A stretch of 35,441 bases of DNA, taken from a virus. Lineage: Duplodnaviria > Heunggongvirae > Uroviricota > Caudoviricetes. Position 1 is the first letter of the stretch. Every line of letters begins with the position of its first letter. The notes below the pieces were generated by a model. The model did not search any database. It saw only the letters and a program-made list of their open reading frames with translations, and was not told where the DNA came from. The stretch lies in the IMG/VR virus record IMGVR_UViG_2529293216_000013; one strand, given 5' to 3'. This document shows positions 16,688 to 25,587 of this stretch, piece by piece. The position numbers and the translations under genes were made by a program.

Positions 16688-17715
16688 AAGTGCAGTAGTT
16701 CAAAAAACAGATTATCTGAATAAATATATGATGATTTTGTCTTTTCAACAAAAACAAGGTGAAATAATGGAGCTTATTAACGTAAAACGATATTACCCGG
16801 AACACAAACCCTATGGTGAGGATGTTCAGTATTTCCAGAGTGAGGACGGAAGGGATTTTTATGAATCTATCCCGCTTTTCACAAAGAAATACAAACTCTG
16901 TATTTCGCCTGTAACGGGTATTATCTGCTCTGTTGCTGAAGATGTCTCTGCTTTATATCCGGCAGGTTTTACTGTTGTTGAAGTGGACGAACTGCCGGAA
17001 GGTGTGAATATTGACGGTAACTGGCAGTTTTCTGATGGCCTGATATCAAAGGTGCCGGTAAACTGGAAGACGGTTGCTGAAAAGCGCCGCTCATCGCTGC
17101 TCCAGGAAGCCAACGAAACTGTGGATGACTGGAAAACGGAATTAAAACTGGACATGATTAGCGATGAAAATAAATTACAGCTGACGCGCTGGATGGCGTA
17201 TATCCGACAGCTTAAAGAAATGCACTTTAATGATATTGCCAGTGAGGGGCATTACCAGGCGATTCCCTGGCCGGAAAAACCGGAATAATTCAGAGGGTGC
17301 ATTCAGCACCCTTTTCTGTGGTTTACACTGAACTTACCGTTCTCCAGGCATTATTAATATAAATCTGAACCGGGCGATAATAGACCCCACCGATATTGTC
17401 CGCAGACCGGGAGCCGGTTTCCTGCACGTTAATTCCGGAAAGCATACAACCGGAAGGTGCGCTGTAATTCCATGACATTTCATTGCCTCCGGGTGAATGA
17501 TAGCTCTGTGCTCCAAGCTGAACATTCTGTACATACCGGCCATCTGCGGTTGACTGCGTCATTCCTGACGTGATGTTGATATCCAGCGTTCCGTCAAAAG
17601 GAACACCATTAATATTTCTTGGGGTGGCGAGTCTGTTTGCTGCCACGGCGGTTCCACCCGATGGCAGGGCATCAGCAGCCTTATTTACCGTTTCCCGTAA
17701 ACCAACGTTTAAGAA
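16318..17715. mobile_element. Invertible tail-fibre segment (G/P-segment-like) between inverted crossover sites
   Basis: gix/cix-like sites AAACCTTCGGTTTACGGGA near 16320..16343 and inverted partial copy near 17692..17712; both lie inside tail-fibre reading frames at the conserved ...GLR(D/E)TVN(R/K)AA(N/D)ALP... junction. Confidence 0.55.
16767..17288 (+). CDS. Tail fibre assembly protein (Tfa/U-like)
   Basis: Start MELINVKRYYPEHKP with Shine-Dalgarno; C-terminus ...LTRWMAYIRQLKEMHFNDIASEGHYQAIPWPEKPE typical of Tfa chaperones. Confidence 0.7.
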   Translation: MELINVKRYYPEHKPYGEDVQYFQSEDGRDFYESIPLFTKKYKLCISPVTGIICSVAEDVSALYPAGFTVVEVDELPEGVNIDGNWQFSDGLISKVPVNWKTVAEKRRSSLLQEANETVDDWKTELKLDMISDENKLQLTRWMAYIRQLKEMHFNDIASEGHYQAIPWPEKPE

Positions 17716-17745
17716 AATGCAGAGATTATGGCTAACTGGCATCAT
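17323..17745 (-). CDS. Alternative tail fibre variable C-terminal segment (Sv')
   Basis: Shares ...LATPRNINGVPFDGTLDINITSGMTQSTADGRYVQ... with Sv, then diverges; ends ...VYYRPVQIYINNAWRTVSSV. Confidence 0.55.
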   Translation of the reverse strand: MMPVSHNLCIFLNVGLRETVNKAADALPSGGTAVAANRLATPRNINGVPFDGTLDINITSGMTQSTADGRYVQNVQLGAQSYHSPGGNEMSWNYSAPSGCMLSGINVQETGSRSADNIGGVYYRPVQIYINNAWRTVSSV

Positions 17746-17772
17746 CCCCGGTTTTTACTCAGGGGAATGCTC

Positions 17773-18327
17773 ATGCTTATTGGCTATGTCCGCGTATCAA
17801 CAAATAACCAGAATACGGAATTACAGCGTAATGCGCTGGAGTGTGCAGGATGTGAGCTGATTTTTGAAGACAAGATAAGCGGTACAAAGTCCGACAGACC
17901 AGGACTGAAAAAGCTGCTCAGGACATTATCGGCAGGTGACACGCTGGTGGTCTGGAAACTGGACCGACTGGGGCGCAGTATGCGGCATCTTGTCGTGCTG
18001 GTGGAGGAGTTGCGCGAACGAGGCATCAACTTTCGTAGTCTGACGGATTCAATTGATACCAGTACCCCAATGGGGCGCTTTTTCTTTCATGTGATGGGTG
18101 CCCTGGCTGAAATGGAGCGTGAACTGATTGTTGAACGAACAAAAGCTGGACTGGAAGCAGCTCGCGCACAGGGACGAATTGGTGGACGTCGTCCCAAACT
18201 TACACCAGAACAATGGGCGCAGGCCGGGCGATTAATTGCATCAGGCGTTCCTCGCCAAAAGGTGGCGATCATCTATGATGTTGGTATATCGACACTGTAT
18301 AAGAAGTTTCCGGTCGGAGATAAATGA
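17773..18327 (+). CDS. pin: Serine recombinase DNA invertase (Pin family), copy 2
   Basis: Start MLIGYVRVSTNNQNTELQRNALECAGCELIFEDK...; roughly 80% identical to copy 1, opposite orientation. Confidence 0.9.
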   Translation: MLIGYVRVSTNNQNTELQRNALECAGCELIFEDKISGTKSDRPGLKKLLRTLSAGDTLVVWKLDRLGRSMRHLVVLVEELRERGINFRSLTDSIDTSTPMGRFFFHVMGALAEMERELIVERTKAGLEAARAQGRIGGRRPKLTPEQWAQAGRLIASGVPRQKVAIIYDVGISTLYKKFPVGDK

Positions 18328-18387
18328 AACCGTAGCACGTCGTATGCAAGAAGATCGTGCTGCGGTTTATGCTTATCACTTAAAGAC

Positions 18388-19257
<870 letters not shown>

Positions 19258-19337
19258 CTAAGTCTTTGAATTTACATAGTACAAAAAAGATACTTTTCCT
19301 CATAATGTGAATTAATTTTATGTTTCGTTTGATGATT

Positions 19338-19403
19338 GGACCGGTCTCGAAAACCGGAGTAGGGGCAACTCTACCGGGGGGGCAAATCCCCCTCTCTCCG
19401 CCA
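19338..19403 (+). tRNA. Degenerate 3' fragment of tRNA-Ser (serU-like, anticodon CGA); probable prophage att scar, not a functional tRNA
   Basis: GGACCGGTCTCGAAAACCGGAGTAGGGGCAACTCTACCGGGGGGGCAAATCCCCCTCTCTCCGCCA matches the tRNA-Ser(CGA) 3' two-thirds as recalled, with a damaged T-loop (GGGCAAATCC instead of GGTTCAAATCC); 5' acceptor/D-arm absent. Confidence 0.6.
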
Positions 19404-19976
19404 CTTTATCAATGACTTATCTCCCGACTTCCCGCCTTGCTTTTCCTAAACAGAACAATCGTAGAATATTCTTGAAGGGTTAGATCGTCACTGTTTTCTG
19501 TTCGATACTGTGACATTCAGCACTTGATTCGCTATGGATCTGACAGGAAGGTTTCGAGCGAAAATCTGCAGTTATTCAGTCGTTTTCTTATCGGTCACCA
19601 TTATTCTTTTAGACATTGATCCTACAAAGCTGCCGCAAAGTTGGTGGTGGGAACTGAAGTTGCGTAGAGAAGGGGTCAATACCCGGAGGCAAACATGGGC
19701 TGGCAAAAGTGTAGCGGTATTAGGCGCAGCTATTTAGCCTAGTTATGTTTTATGAAAACTTGATATCATATAAGTGTCTTACTTATTGGCTGTAAATAAG
19801 TTTTTCCTAAGGAATTGTTTCTTGAGTATCATTTGTAACTGTAACGGAATTTATAATCCTTTGCTTTATTGTTACGGTATTTTTTATCACACCCTATTTT
19901 TAGTGGTTTTTTATACTGAAGTTTGGCAAAGTGAACTTTATATACATATACTTCATCCTGGTTTCAGTTAAATTGG

Positions 19977-20729
19977 GTGGATGATATGGCAACTACATGT
20001 TCAGTTATATTGATTTTGGAGTCCTTTGATGTTTATTTCGGAAAAGAGAGTGTGTTTCTGGAGAGAGGTTCATCTGTACTTGTCGACTCTAGCTCTAGAG
20101 ATTTTTTCCTGACATATCCTGAAAGAGTGATAGTGGCGGATTTTGGCGCTGAGTTTATTAGTCGCTATTTGAAAGCTAATAACTTAAGGGATATTTCTGA
20201 TTGTAGGGAATATCCATCTTATTTAAAAATAAACTTTGCTGACTTCAGTTTAATTAAAGGATTAATTAGTTGGGCTAATCACTGTGCTGAATACATAGAA
20301 ATTTTTGATGAGTCTATTGCTTTTACATGTCTCTCTGCATTTTCTTCTGAAAAACAATTTGGAGTATTTCTGTTTGGATGTTTGAAAAGCACAGGGGCTA
20401 AAGTTAAAACGATTATTCATACGGATTTATCTGCACCATGGCGTCTTAAGGATATATCATCAAGATTATATCTCAGCGAAAGTTTACTAAAGAGGAAATT
20501 GAAAGAAGAGGGGGTATCATTCAGTAAGATCATACTTGATGAGAGGATGCAAATGGCTGAATATTTACTCAGCACTCGTTGTTATCCTATTAGTAAAGTA
20601 GCTAAGGTCTGTGGTTATGCCAGTGTCTCATACTTTACTTATGTATTTAGACGTTATTTTGGTGTTTCTCCAAGTCAATACTCTCAGAGGAGTTCAGAAA
20701 GTAAAATTCTTACTCACCAGGGAATCTGA
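19977..20729 (+). CDS. AraC-family transcriptional regulator (AppY-like, AT-rich)
   Basis: 250 aa; C-terminal dual HTH WRLKDISSRLYLSESLLKRKLKEEGVSFSKIILDERMQMAEYLL...VAKVCGYASVSYFTYVFRRYFGVSPSQY resembles AppY as recalled. Confidence 0.7.
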   Translation: MDDMATTCSVILILESFDVYFGKESVFLERGSSVLVDSSSRDFFLTYPERVIVADFGAEFISRYLKANNLRDISDCREYPSYLKINFADFSLIKGLISWANHCAEYIEIFDESIAFTCLSAFSSEKQFGVFLFGCLKSTGAKVKTIIHTDLSAPWRLKDISSRLYLSESLLKRKLKEEGVSFSKIILDERMQMAEYLLSTRCYPISKVAKVCGYASVSYFTYVFRRYFGVSPSQYSQRSSESKILTHQGI

Positions 20730-20770
20730 TCATTGTTCTTGCCCCCTTATTTCCAGACAGGGGGTGTATC

Positions 20771-21214
20771 TTAAGTTAACGTTACCCGCTGACGTCGATA
20801 TTCTCGCGGAGAGCGATAACCCAACGCACTGTGCGGATGGTTTTCATTGTAATGTTCGATCGCCACTGCAAGATTATGCAATGCCGTTCTTACATTCGGT
20901 TTCGGCATGAACGCGATATAGTCTTCCTTCATCGTTTTCACGAACCTTTCTGCAATTCCATTACTCTGAGGACTGCTGATTGCCGTTGTGCAGGGCTCCA
21001 GATTCAACTCTCTGGCGAACTGCCGTGTTTCATGCGCTCTATACGCTGAACCGTTATCTGTCAGCCACTGGATGGACTGTTCCGGTACTTTATCGCCAAA
21101 GCGTTTTTCTATCGCTCCTAACATGACATCCTGCACTGTCGCTTTATCGTAACCTCCCGTGCTTGCGGCCCAGTCTATGGCTTCACGATCGCAACAGTCC
21201 AGGGCGATTCATCT
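20771..21214 (-). mobile_element. IS3-family (IS2-like) transposase remnant: C-terminal DDE-domain portion only
   Basis: ...[50 protein letters not shown]...[14 protein letters not shown] matches IS2 OrfB C-terminus; no ATG, frame closed upstream by a stop near 21215. Confidence 0.7.
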
Positions 21215-21483
21215 GGGCCAATCCTCGCTCATAACAGGCATTCACTTCAGTCATGGCAGAAAGGTATGCATGCTGGAGAAGTCGTGAAAGAAAAGAAGAC
21301 TGCTGCGCCGTTTGTCGTCACGTTTATCTTCATTGGCTATGCAAGTCGTAATACAAGGTGGGACAAAACTGAGACACATAAGGCCTCGCAATGGCTTGCA
21401 AGGCTTTACATGTTTTGATGTGGTGGGACGTGTGAGCGCAGTGTTGATGGGGTAATGCTTTGAATTAGAAGCGGATTCTTATA

Positions 21484-21529
21484 ATTCGTAATGCGAAGGT
21501 CGTAGGTTCGACTCCTATTATCGGCACCA
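21484..21529 (+). tRNA. 3' fragment (about 46 nt) of tRNA-Thr (thrW-like); attL core of the P4-like element
   Basis: ATTCGTAATGCGAAGGTCGTAGGTTCGACTCCTATTATCGGCACCA matches the thrW 3' half as recalled; upstream sequence does not match the tRNA 5' half. Confidence 0.65.
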
Positions 21530-21691
21530 TCTCAACTTCCTCAAACGTCCGTATTAGTCCATAAAATCTCTGATTTATAACATTTTTTATTCTTTTAAGT
21601 CCATAGTAGTCCGTAACCATCCAGTAGAATCCGGTACTGAATGTGTATAGGATTGTGTATATGTTCCTGTTCGGTCTGGATTCCTATACAC

Positions 21692-22873
21692 ATGCCTTTA
21701 AACGATATGCAGATTCGCCGCGCTAAGCCTGAAGCTAAAGCCTATACATTTGGAGATGGGCTAGGGTTGTCATTACTTATAGAACCTAATGGAAGCAAGA
21801 GTTGGCGGTTCCGCTATCGCTATGCCGGCAAACCCAAAATGATCTCGCTTGGTGTTTACCCAACGATCACCCTTGCCGATGCTCGTTCCCGTCGTGATGA
21901 AGCTCGAAAACTTGTGGCAGAAGGAAAGAACCCTAGTGAGGTTCGAAAAGAGCAAAAGCTAGCTATGCAAACAGAGTCAGAGAACGCCTTCGAAAAGATA
22001 GCCAGAGAGTGGCATCAACTTAAATCTGCTAAATGGTCGGCGGGATATGCATCAGACATCATGGAAGCGTTTAAGAACGACATTTTTCCTTATGTCGGAA
22101 CAAGGCCTGTGGGAGAGATTAAACCGCTAGAGCTGCTGAACGTTCTGCGTAAAATTGAGAAACGTGGTGCGTTGGAGAAAATGCGCAAAGTGCGGCAGCG
22201 TTGCTCCGAAGTGTTTCGCTACGCAATTGCAACGGGTAGGGCGGAGTACAATCCTGCGGCTGATCTCTCCAGCGCTCTCGAAGTACACCAATCCAATCAT
22301 TTCCCATTCCTAAAAGCTGATGAGATACCTGATTTTCTACGTGCCTTAGAGGGTTACTCCGGGAGTAAGCTTGTCCAGATAGCCACGAAATTACTGATGA
22401 TTACGGGTGTGAGAACCATCGAATTACGCGCGGCATTATGGCAAGAATTTGATCTGGATAACGCTATTTGGGAAATTCCTGCTGAAAGGATGAAAATGCG
22501 TAGGCCACATCTTGTGCCCTTATCATCTCAAGCGGTAGATTTACTCAATGAACTCAAGATCATGACAGGGAACTATCGTTATGTTTTTCCAGGGCGGAAC
22601 GATCCGAATAGGCCAATGAGCGAAGCGAGTATAAATCAAGCCATTAAGCGTATTGGGTATGGAGGAAAAGTCACTGGACATGGTTTTCGTCATACCCTTT
22701 CTACAATCCTGCATGAGCAAGGTTTTGAGAGTGCTTGGATTGAAATCCAGTTGGCTCATGTAGATAAAAATTCTATTAGGGGGACTTATAACCATGCTCA
22801 ATATTTTAGTGGAAGGAAGTCTATGATGGACTGGTACAGTAATTTGATATTTGAAAGACTAAAAAGGAGTTAA
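21692..22873 (+). CDS. int: P4-type tyrosine integrase
   Basis: N-terminus MPLNDMQIRRAKPEAKAYTFGDGLGLSLLIEPNGSKSWRFRYRYAGK...; C-terminal catalytic region HGFRHT...; adjacent to tRNA fragment. Confidence 0.85.
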   Translation: MPLNDMQIRRAKPEAKAYTFGDGLGLSLLIEPNGSKSWRFRYRYAGKPKMISLGVYPTITLADARSRRDEARKLVAEGKNPSEVRKEQKLAMQTESENAFEKIAREWHQLKSAKWSAGYASDIMEAFKNDIFPYVGTRPVGEIKPLELLNVLRKIEKRGALEKMRKVRQRCSEVFRYAIATGRAEYNPAADLSSALEVHQSNHFPFLKADEIPDFLRALEGYSGSKLVQIATKLLMITGVRTIELRAALWQEFDLDNAIWEIPAERMKMRRPHLVPLSSQAVDLLNELKIMTGNYRYVFPGRNDPNRPMSEASINQAIKRIGYGGKVTGHGFRHTLSTILHEQGFESAWIEIQLAHVDKNSIRGTYNHAQYFSGRKSMMDWYSNLIFERLKRS

Positions 22874-22876
22874 TTT

Positions 22877-23293
22877 GTGTCTCAACCACTTTCGGAAATA
22901 TTGACATGGGATGATGAACAATGGGAGGTATTTGTCCATGATTGGCTTATTGTCTGTAAATCAGATGATTACCCGTGGAGCGAACGTTTGGGAGGAGCTG
23001 GAGATAAAGGTAGAGACGTTGTTGGATATAAATCGGATCCTAACGTAGAAGGTTATTCTTGGGATAATTATCAATGCAAACTGTACAAAAAAAGTTTAGG
23101 GTTCTCTGATGTTGTAGTTGAGTTTGGAAAACTTATCTATTTTACTCTGAATGGTGATTATCCCATCCCTCAGAAGTACTTTTTTGTGGCACCCTATGAT
23201 TTATCTACTACATTTTCTAATTTATTGAAAAATAAAAACGAGCTTAAAAAAGCAGTCCTTGATTCATGGGATTCAGCAATTTCAAAAAAATAA
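22877..23293 (+). CDS. Mrr-like PD-(D/E)xK nuclease domain protein, 5' segment of candidate defence effector (LmuA-like); frame breaks in A7 tract
   Basis: GTG start with AAAAAGGAG Shine-Dalgarno 4 nt after int stop; motif GGAGDKGRDVVGY...YQCKLYKK resembles Mrr catalytic core GDGGIDG...QCKRYK; about 28% GC. Confidence 0.5.
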   Translation: MSQPLSEILTWDDEQWEVFVHDWLIVCKSDDYPWSERLGGAGDKGRDVVGYKSDPNVEGYSWDNYQCKLYKKSLGFSDVVVEFGKLIYFTLNGDYPIPQKYFFVAPYDLSTTFSNLLKNKNELKKAVLDSWDSAISKK

Positions 23294-23883
23294 CTAAAAA
23301 GATTGATATTCCATTAGATGATGAAATAAAAAAATATATTGAGGATTTTGATTTTAGTATTTTTTACTCTCTACCCTTATCATTGATTTTAAATGATATT
23401 GCAAATACACACCTTTATTTTAAGTACTTTAACGAGCTGTATGTCGTGAGAATCCCTCCAAATGAAATTCCAACATACAATTCAAAAAAAGAGTCTGTAT
23501 ATGTTAATGCACTGCTTCAAGCCTATTCAGAGCATGGAAATAAAACTTATAGTTCTTTCTTAGAGCTTGATGATCCATACAGACGACACTTTAATAATAG
23601 TAGAAATGATTTTTATTTTGCATCTTCGCTTGAGGTTTTTGTCCGCGAAGTATTTAAAGATGATGTATTCAAAGCATTGAAATGTTACATTTCATCTTCA
23701 ATTGAACCCGTCTTTTATGAAGACCATAATTATGCATTTATTAGGTGTAATGCAGTCTTGAAGCAGGCTGTTCTGACACCAATTGCACATTCAGTACTAT
23801 CAAAAATATGTGAAGCAAATGATAAAAAAGGAATATGCCATCATTTGGTTAATGATGGTGAAGTAATTTGGACGGTGAGATAA
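23266..23883 (+). CDS. 3' segment of the same candidate effector gene (C-terminal domain, function unknown)
   Basis: Frame is +1 relative to previous ORF and fuses with it if the A7 tract at 23284..23290 is read as A8 (...DSWDSAISKKITKKIDIPLDDEIKK...). Confidence 0.45.
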   Translation: MGFSNFKKITKKIDIPLDDEIKKYIEDFDFSIFYSLPLSLILNDIANTHLYFKYFNELYVVRIPPNEIPTYNSKKESVYVNALLQAYSEHGNKTYSSFLELDDPYRRHFNNSRNDFYFASSLEVFVREVFKDDVFKALKCYISSSIEPVFYEDHNYAFIRCNAVLKQAVLTPIAHSVLSKICEANDKKGICHHLVNDGEVIWTVR

Positions 23884-24341
23884 TGGTTAGAATTTATAAT
23901 TCAAGTTTAGAAGTGGCATGTCGAATGGCGAAAGTGCTCGTCGCTATTTATCCTTCTTCATTAAGCCTTGAACGGCTTATTTGTTTTGATTTTATTTTAG
24001 TAAATCTTAAGGATTTTTTACCTGAAGAGATTAGTCTTCATCCTCCAATACCCCGTAGAGATGCTCAGTTAGCCCTAAAACGAGAGATTGTTTTAGAATC
24101 ATTGGCTTTGTTGCAAGGCTATGAACTAGCCTCAAAAATTTATACACATCGTGGTTTTGTATATAAAGCTTCTGAAAAAACATATGCATTTACAAATTCT
24201 CTACATAATGAATATGTTGCGCAGATGGAGCATAATATAAATTTGGTGGTTAAGTTATATAGTGATATTCCTGATGAGCAGTTGCAATCAATTATAAAAA
24301 ATAAAATTGGCAAATATGATATGGAATTTAATTATGAATGA
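23883..24341 (+). CDS. Small middle component of candidate defence operon (LmuC-like position)
   Basis: ATG overlaps upstream stop (TAATG); 3' end overlaps next gene start (ATGAATGA); AT-rich; no recognisable motif. Confidence 0.45.
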   Translation: MVRIYNSSLEVACRMAKVLVAIYPSSLSLERLICFDFILVNLKDFLPEEISLHPPIPRRDAQLALKREIVLESLALLQGYELASKIYTHRGFVYKASEKTYAFTNSLHNEYVAQMEHNINLVVKLYSDIPDEQLQSIIKNKIGKYDMEFNYE

Positions 24342-24966
24342 CAATTTTTTTACGTTCAGAAAAATAAAGGTAACCGGATTCAATAAATTAGATGCTATAA
24401 TTGAATTTGGTTCTAAATTGACTATTTTATATGGTGGTTCTGACTCTGGAAAAACATACATATATTATTTGATTCGATATTTATTAGGGAGTGAAAAACT
24501 AAAAAATAAAGATATCGATCATGCTCAAGGTTATGATTTAGCCTATCTGGAATTTAATTTTCAAGGTAGGGTAATGACAATTGAGAGGTCTCTTCAGGAT
24601 AGCGCCCATTACAGATTATATGATTCGAGCATTGAAAATGTTAGTGAAGCTAATCTGTTGATGGTTTTTTCCAAAAGTGCTTCGTCTAAAAAGAGTTTTT
24701 CATCATACTTTTATGGTAGGTTGAATTTCAAAGAGGCTAAAGTAAGAACAAACTTAAGTAATACTCTTCATAAATTTAATCTTAATAATGTTTTTGAATT
24801 TTTTTGTATTGATGAATTAAGAGTGTTAACTGAGAAGTCGTTAATTCTTTCTGATATTCCTAGCGAGGAGACAAAAAGAAAGTCTGAATTTAAATTCCTT
24901 TTAACTCAGAGAGATGATACTAACTCCTTAGCAGAAAAACCAAATAAAAAAGCAAGATATTTTTAA
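24334..24966 (+). CDS. SMC/Rad50-like ABC ATPase, N-terminal head segment with Walker A (LmuB-like)
   Basis: FRKIKVTGFNKLDAIIEFGSKLTILYGGSDSGKTYIYYLIRYLLG (Walker A GGSDSGKT); ends at in-frame TAA 24964..24966, after which the same frame stays open. Confidence 0.5.
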   Translation: MNDNFFTFRKIKVTGFNKLDAIIEFGSKLTILYGGSDSGKTYIYYLIRYLLGSEKLKNKDIDHAQGYDLAYLEFNFQGRVMTIERSLQDSAHYRLYDSSIENVSEANLLMVFSKSASSKKSFSSYFYGRLNFKEAKVRTNLSNTLHKFNLNNVFEFFCIDELRVLTEKSLILSDIPSEETKRKSEFKFLLTQRDDTNSLAEKPNKKARYF

Positions 24967-24996
24967 AAAAATCAAATTGCAAATATTTATGAGGAA

Positions 24997-25587
24997 TTGA
25001 AAGCGCAATTAATTTATCCTGAATATGATCAAGTCATTGTTTCAAGAGAACTTGAGAAAGTAGAGCAAGATATTGAATCATCGAAAGATATATTGAAAGG
25101 TATTGTTGATGCACTTGATGATAAGAAGCAATTATTAAAAGAGTTAAGTGATGAATTATATTCAATCAGTGACAGGGAAAAATACTTATCATTACTCATT
25201 GAAAGATTTAGTCTTCTTAAAGACCAATACTTTATAGATCTACAAAGAATAGATGTTGTATCACAGGCGAATTTCTATTTAAATAATTTTGCAGATATTT
25301 ATTGTGAGTTCTGTAATACACCGCAAAAAAAAGAAAATGAAATATCATATGATGATTGTTTTTTGTCGTGTAATGCAGAAAAATTGAAAATCAAAAGCCA
25401 GCTGAAAGGATTAATTGAATCAATCGGATCTAATGTTCGCGAACATGAATTAATTATGTTAAGAAAAAATGATGTTAATGAAATTTATCAATCAGAAAAA
25501 AGTGATTTTAAGACGTTAGAAGATAAAAATATAAAACAATACATTCATCTCTTGAATCACTTTATGAATATAAAGACAATCTTTTAA
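24997..25587 (+). CDS. Coiled-coil segment of the ATPase with CxxC hook-like motif (same frame as previous segment, no ATG)
   Basis: Heptad-rich sequence; YCEFCNTPQKK...C...C near the middle; frame continuous with 24334..24966 apart from one TAA. Confidence 0.45.
   Translation: MKAQLIYPEYDQVIVSRELEKVEQDIESSKDILKGIVDALDDKKQLLKELSDELYSISDREKYLSLLIERFSLLKDQYFIDLQRIDVVSQANFYLNNFADIYCEFCNTPQKKENEISYDDCFLSCNAEKLKIKSQLKGLIESIGSNVREHELIMLRKNDVNEIYQSEKSDFKTLEDKNIKQYIHLLNHFMNIKTIF

Noticed and set aside
19534-19971. Small plus-strand ORFs 19534..19737 and 19774..19971
   Set aside because: AT-rich low-complexity products in the promoter region upstream of the AraC-family gene; no ribosome-binding sites.
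19338-21529. Intact tRNA genes
   Set aside because: Both tRNA-like sequences lack the 5' acceptor stem and D-arm, and the Ser copy has a damaged T-loop; they are att-derived fragments, not functional tRNAs.
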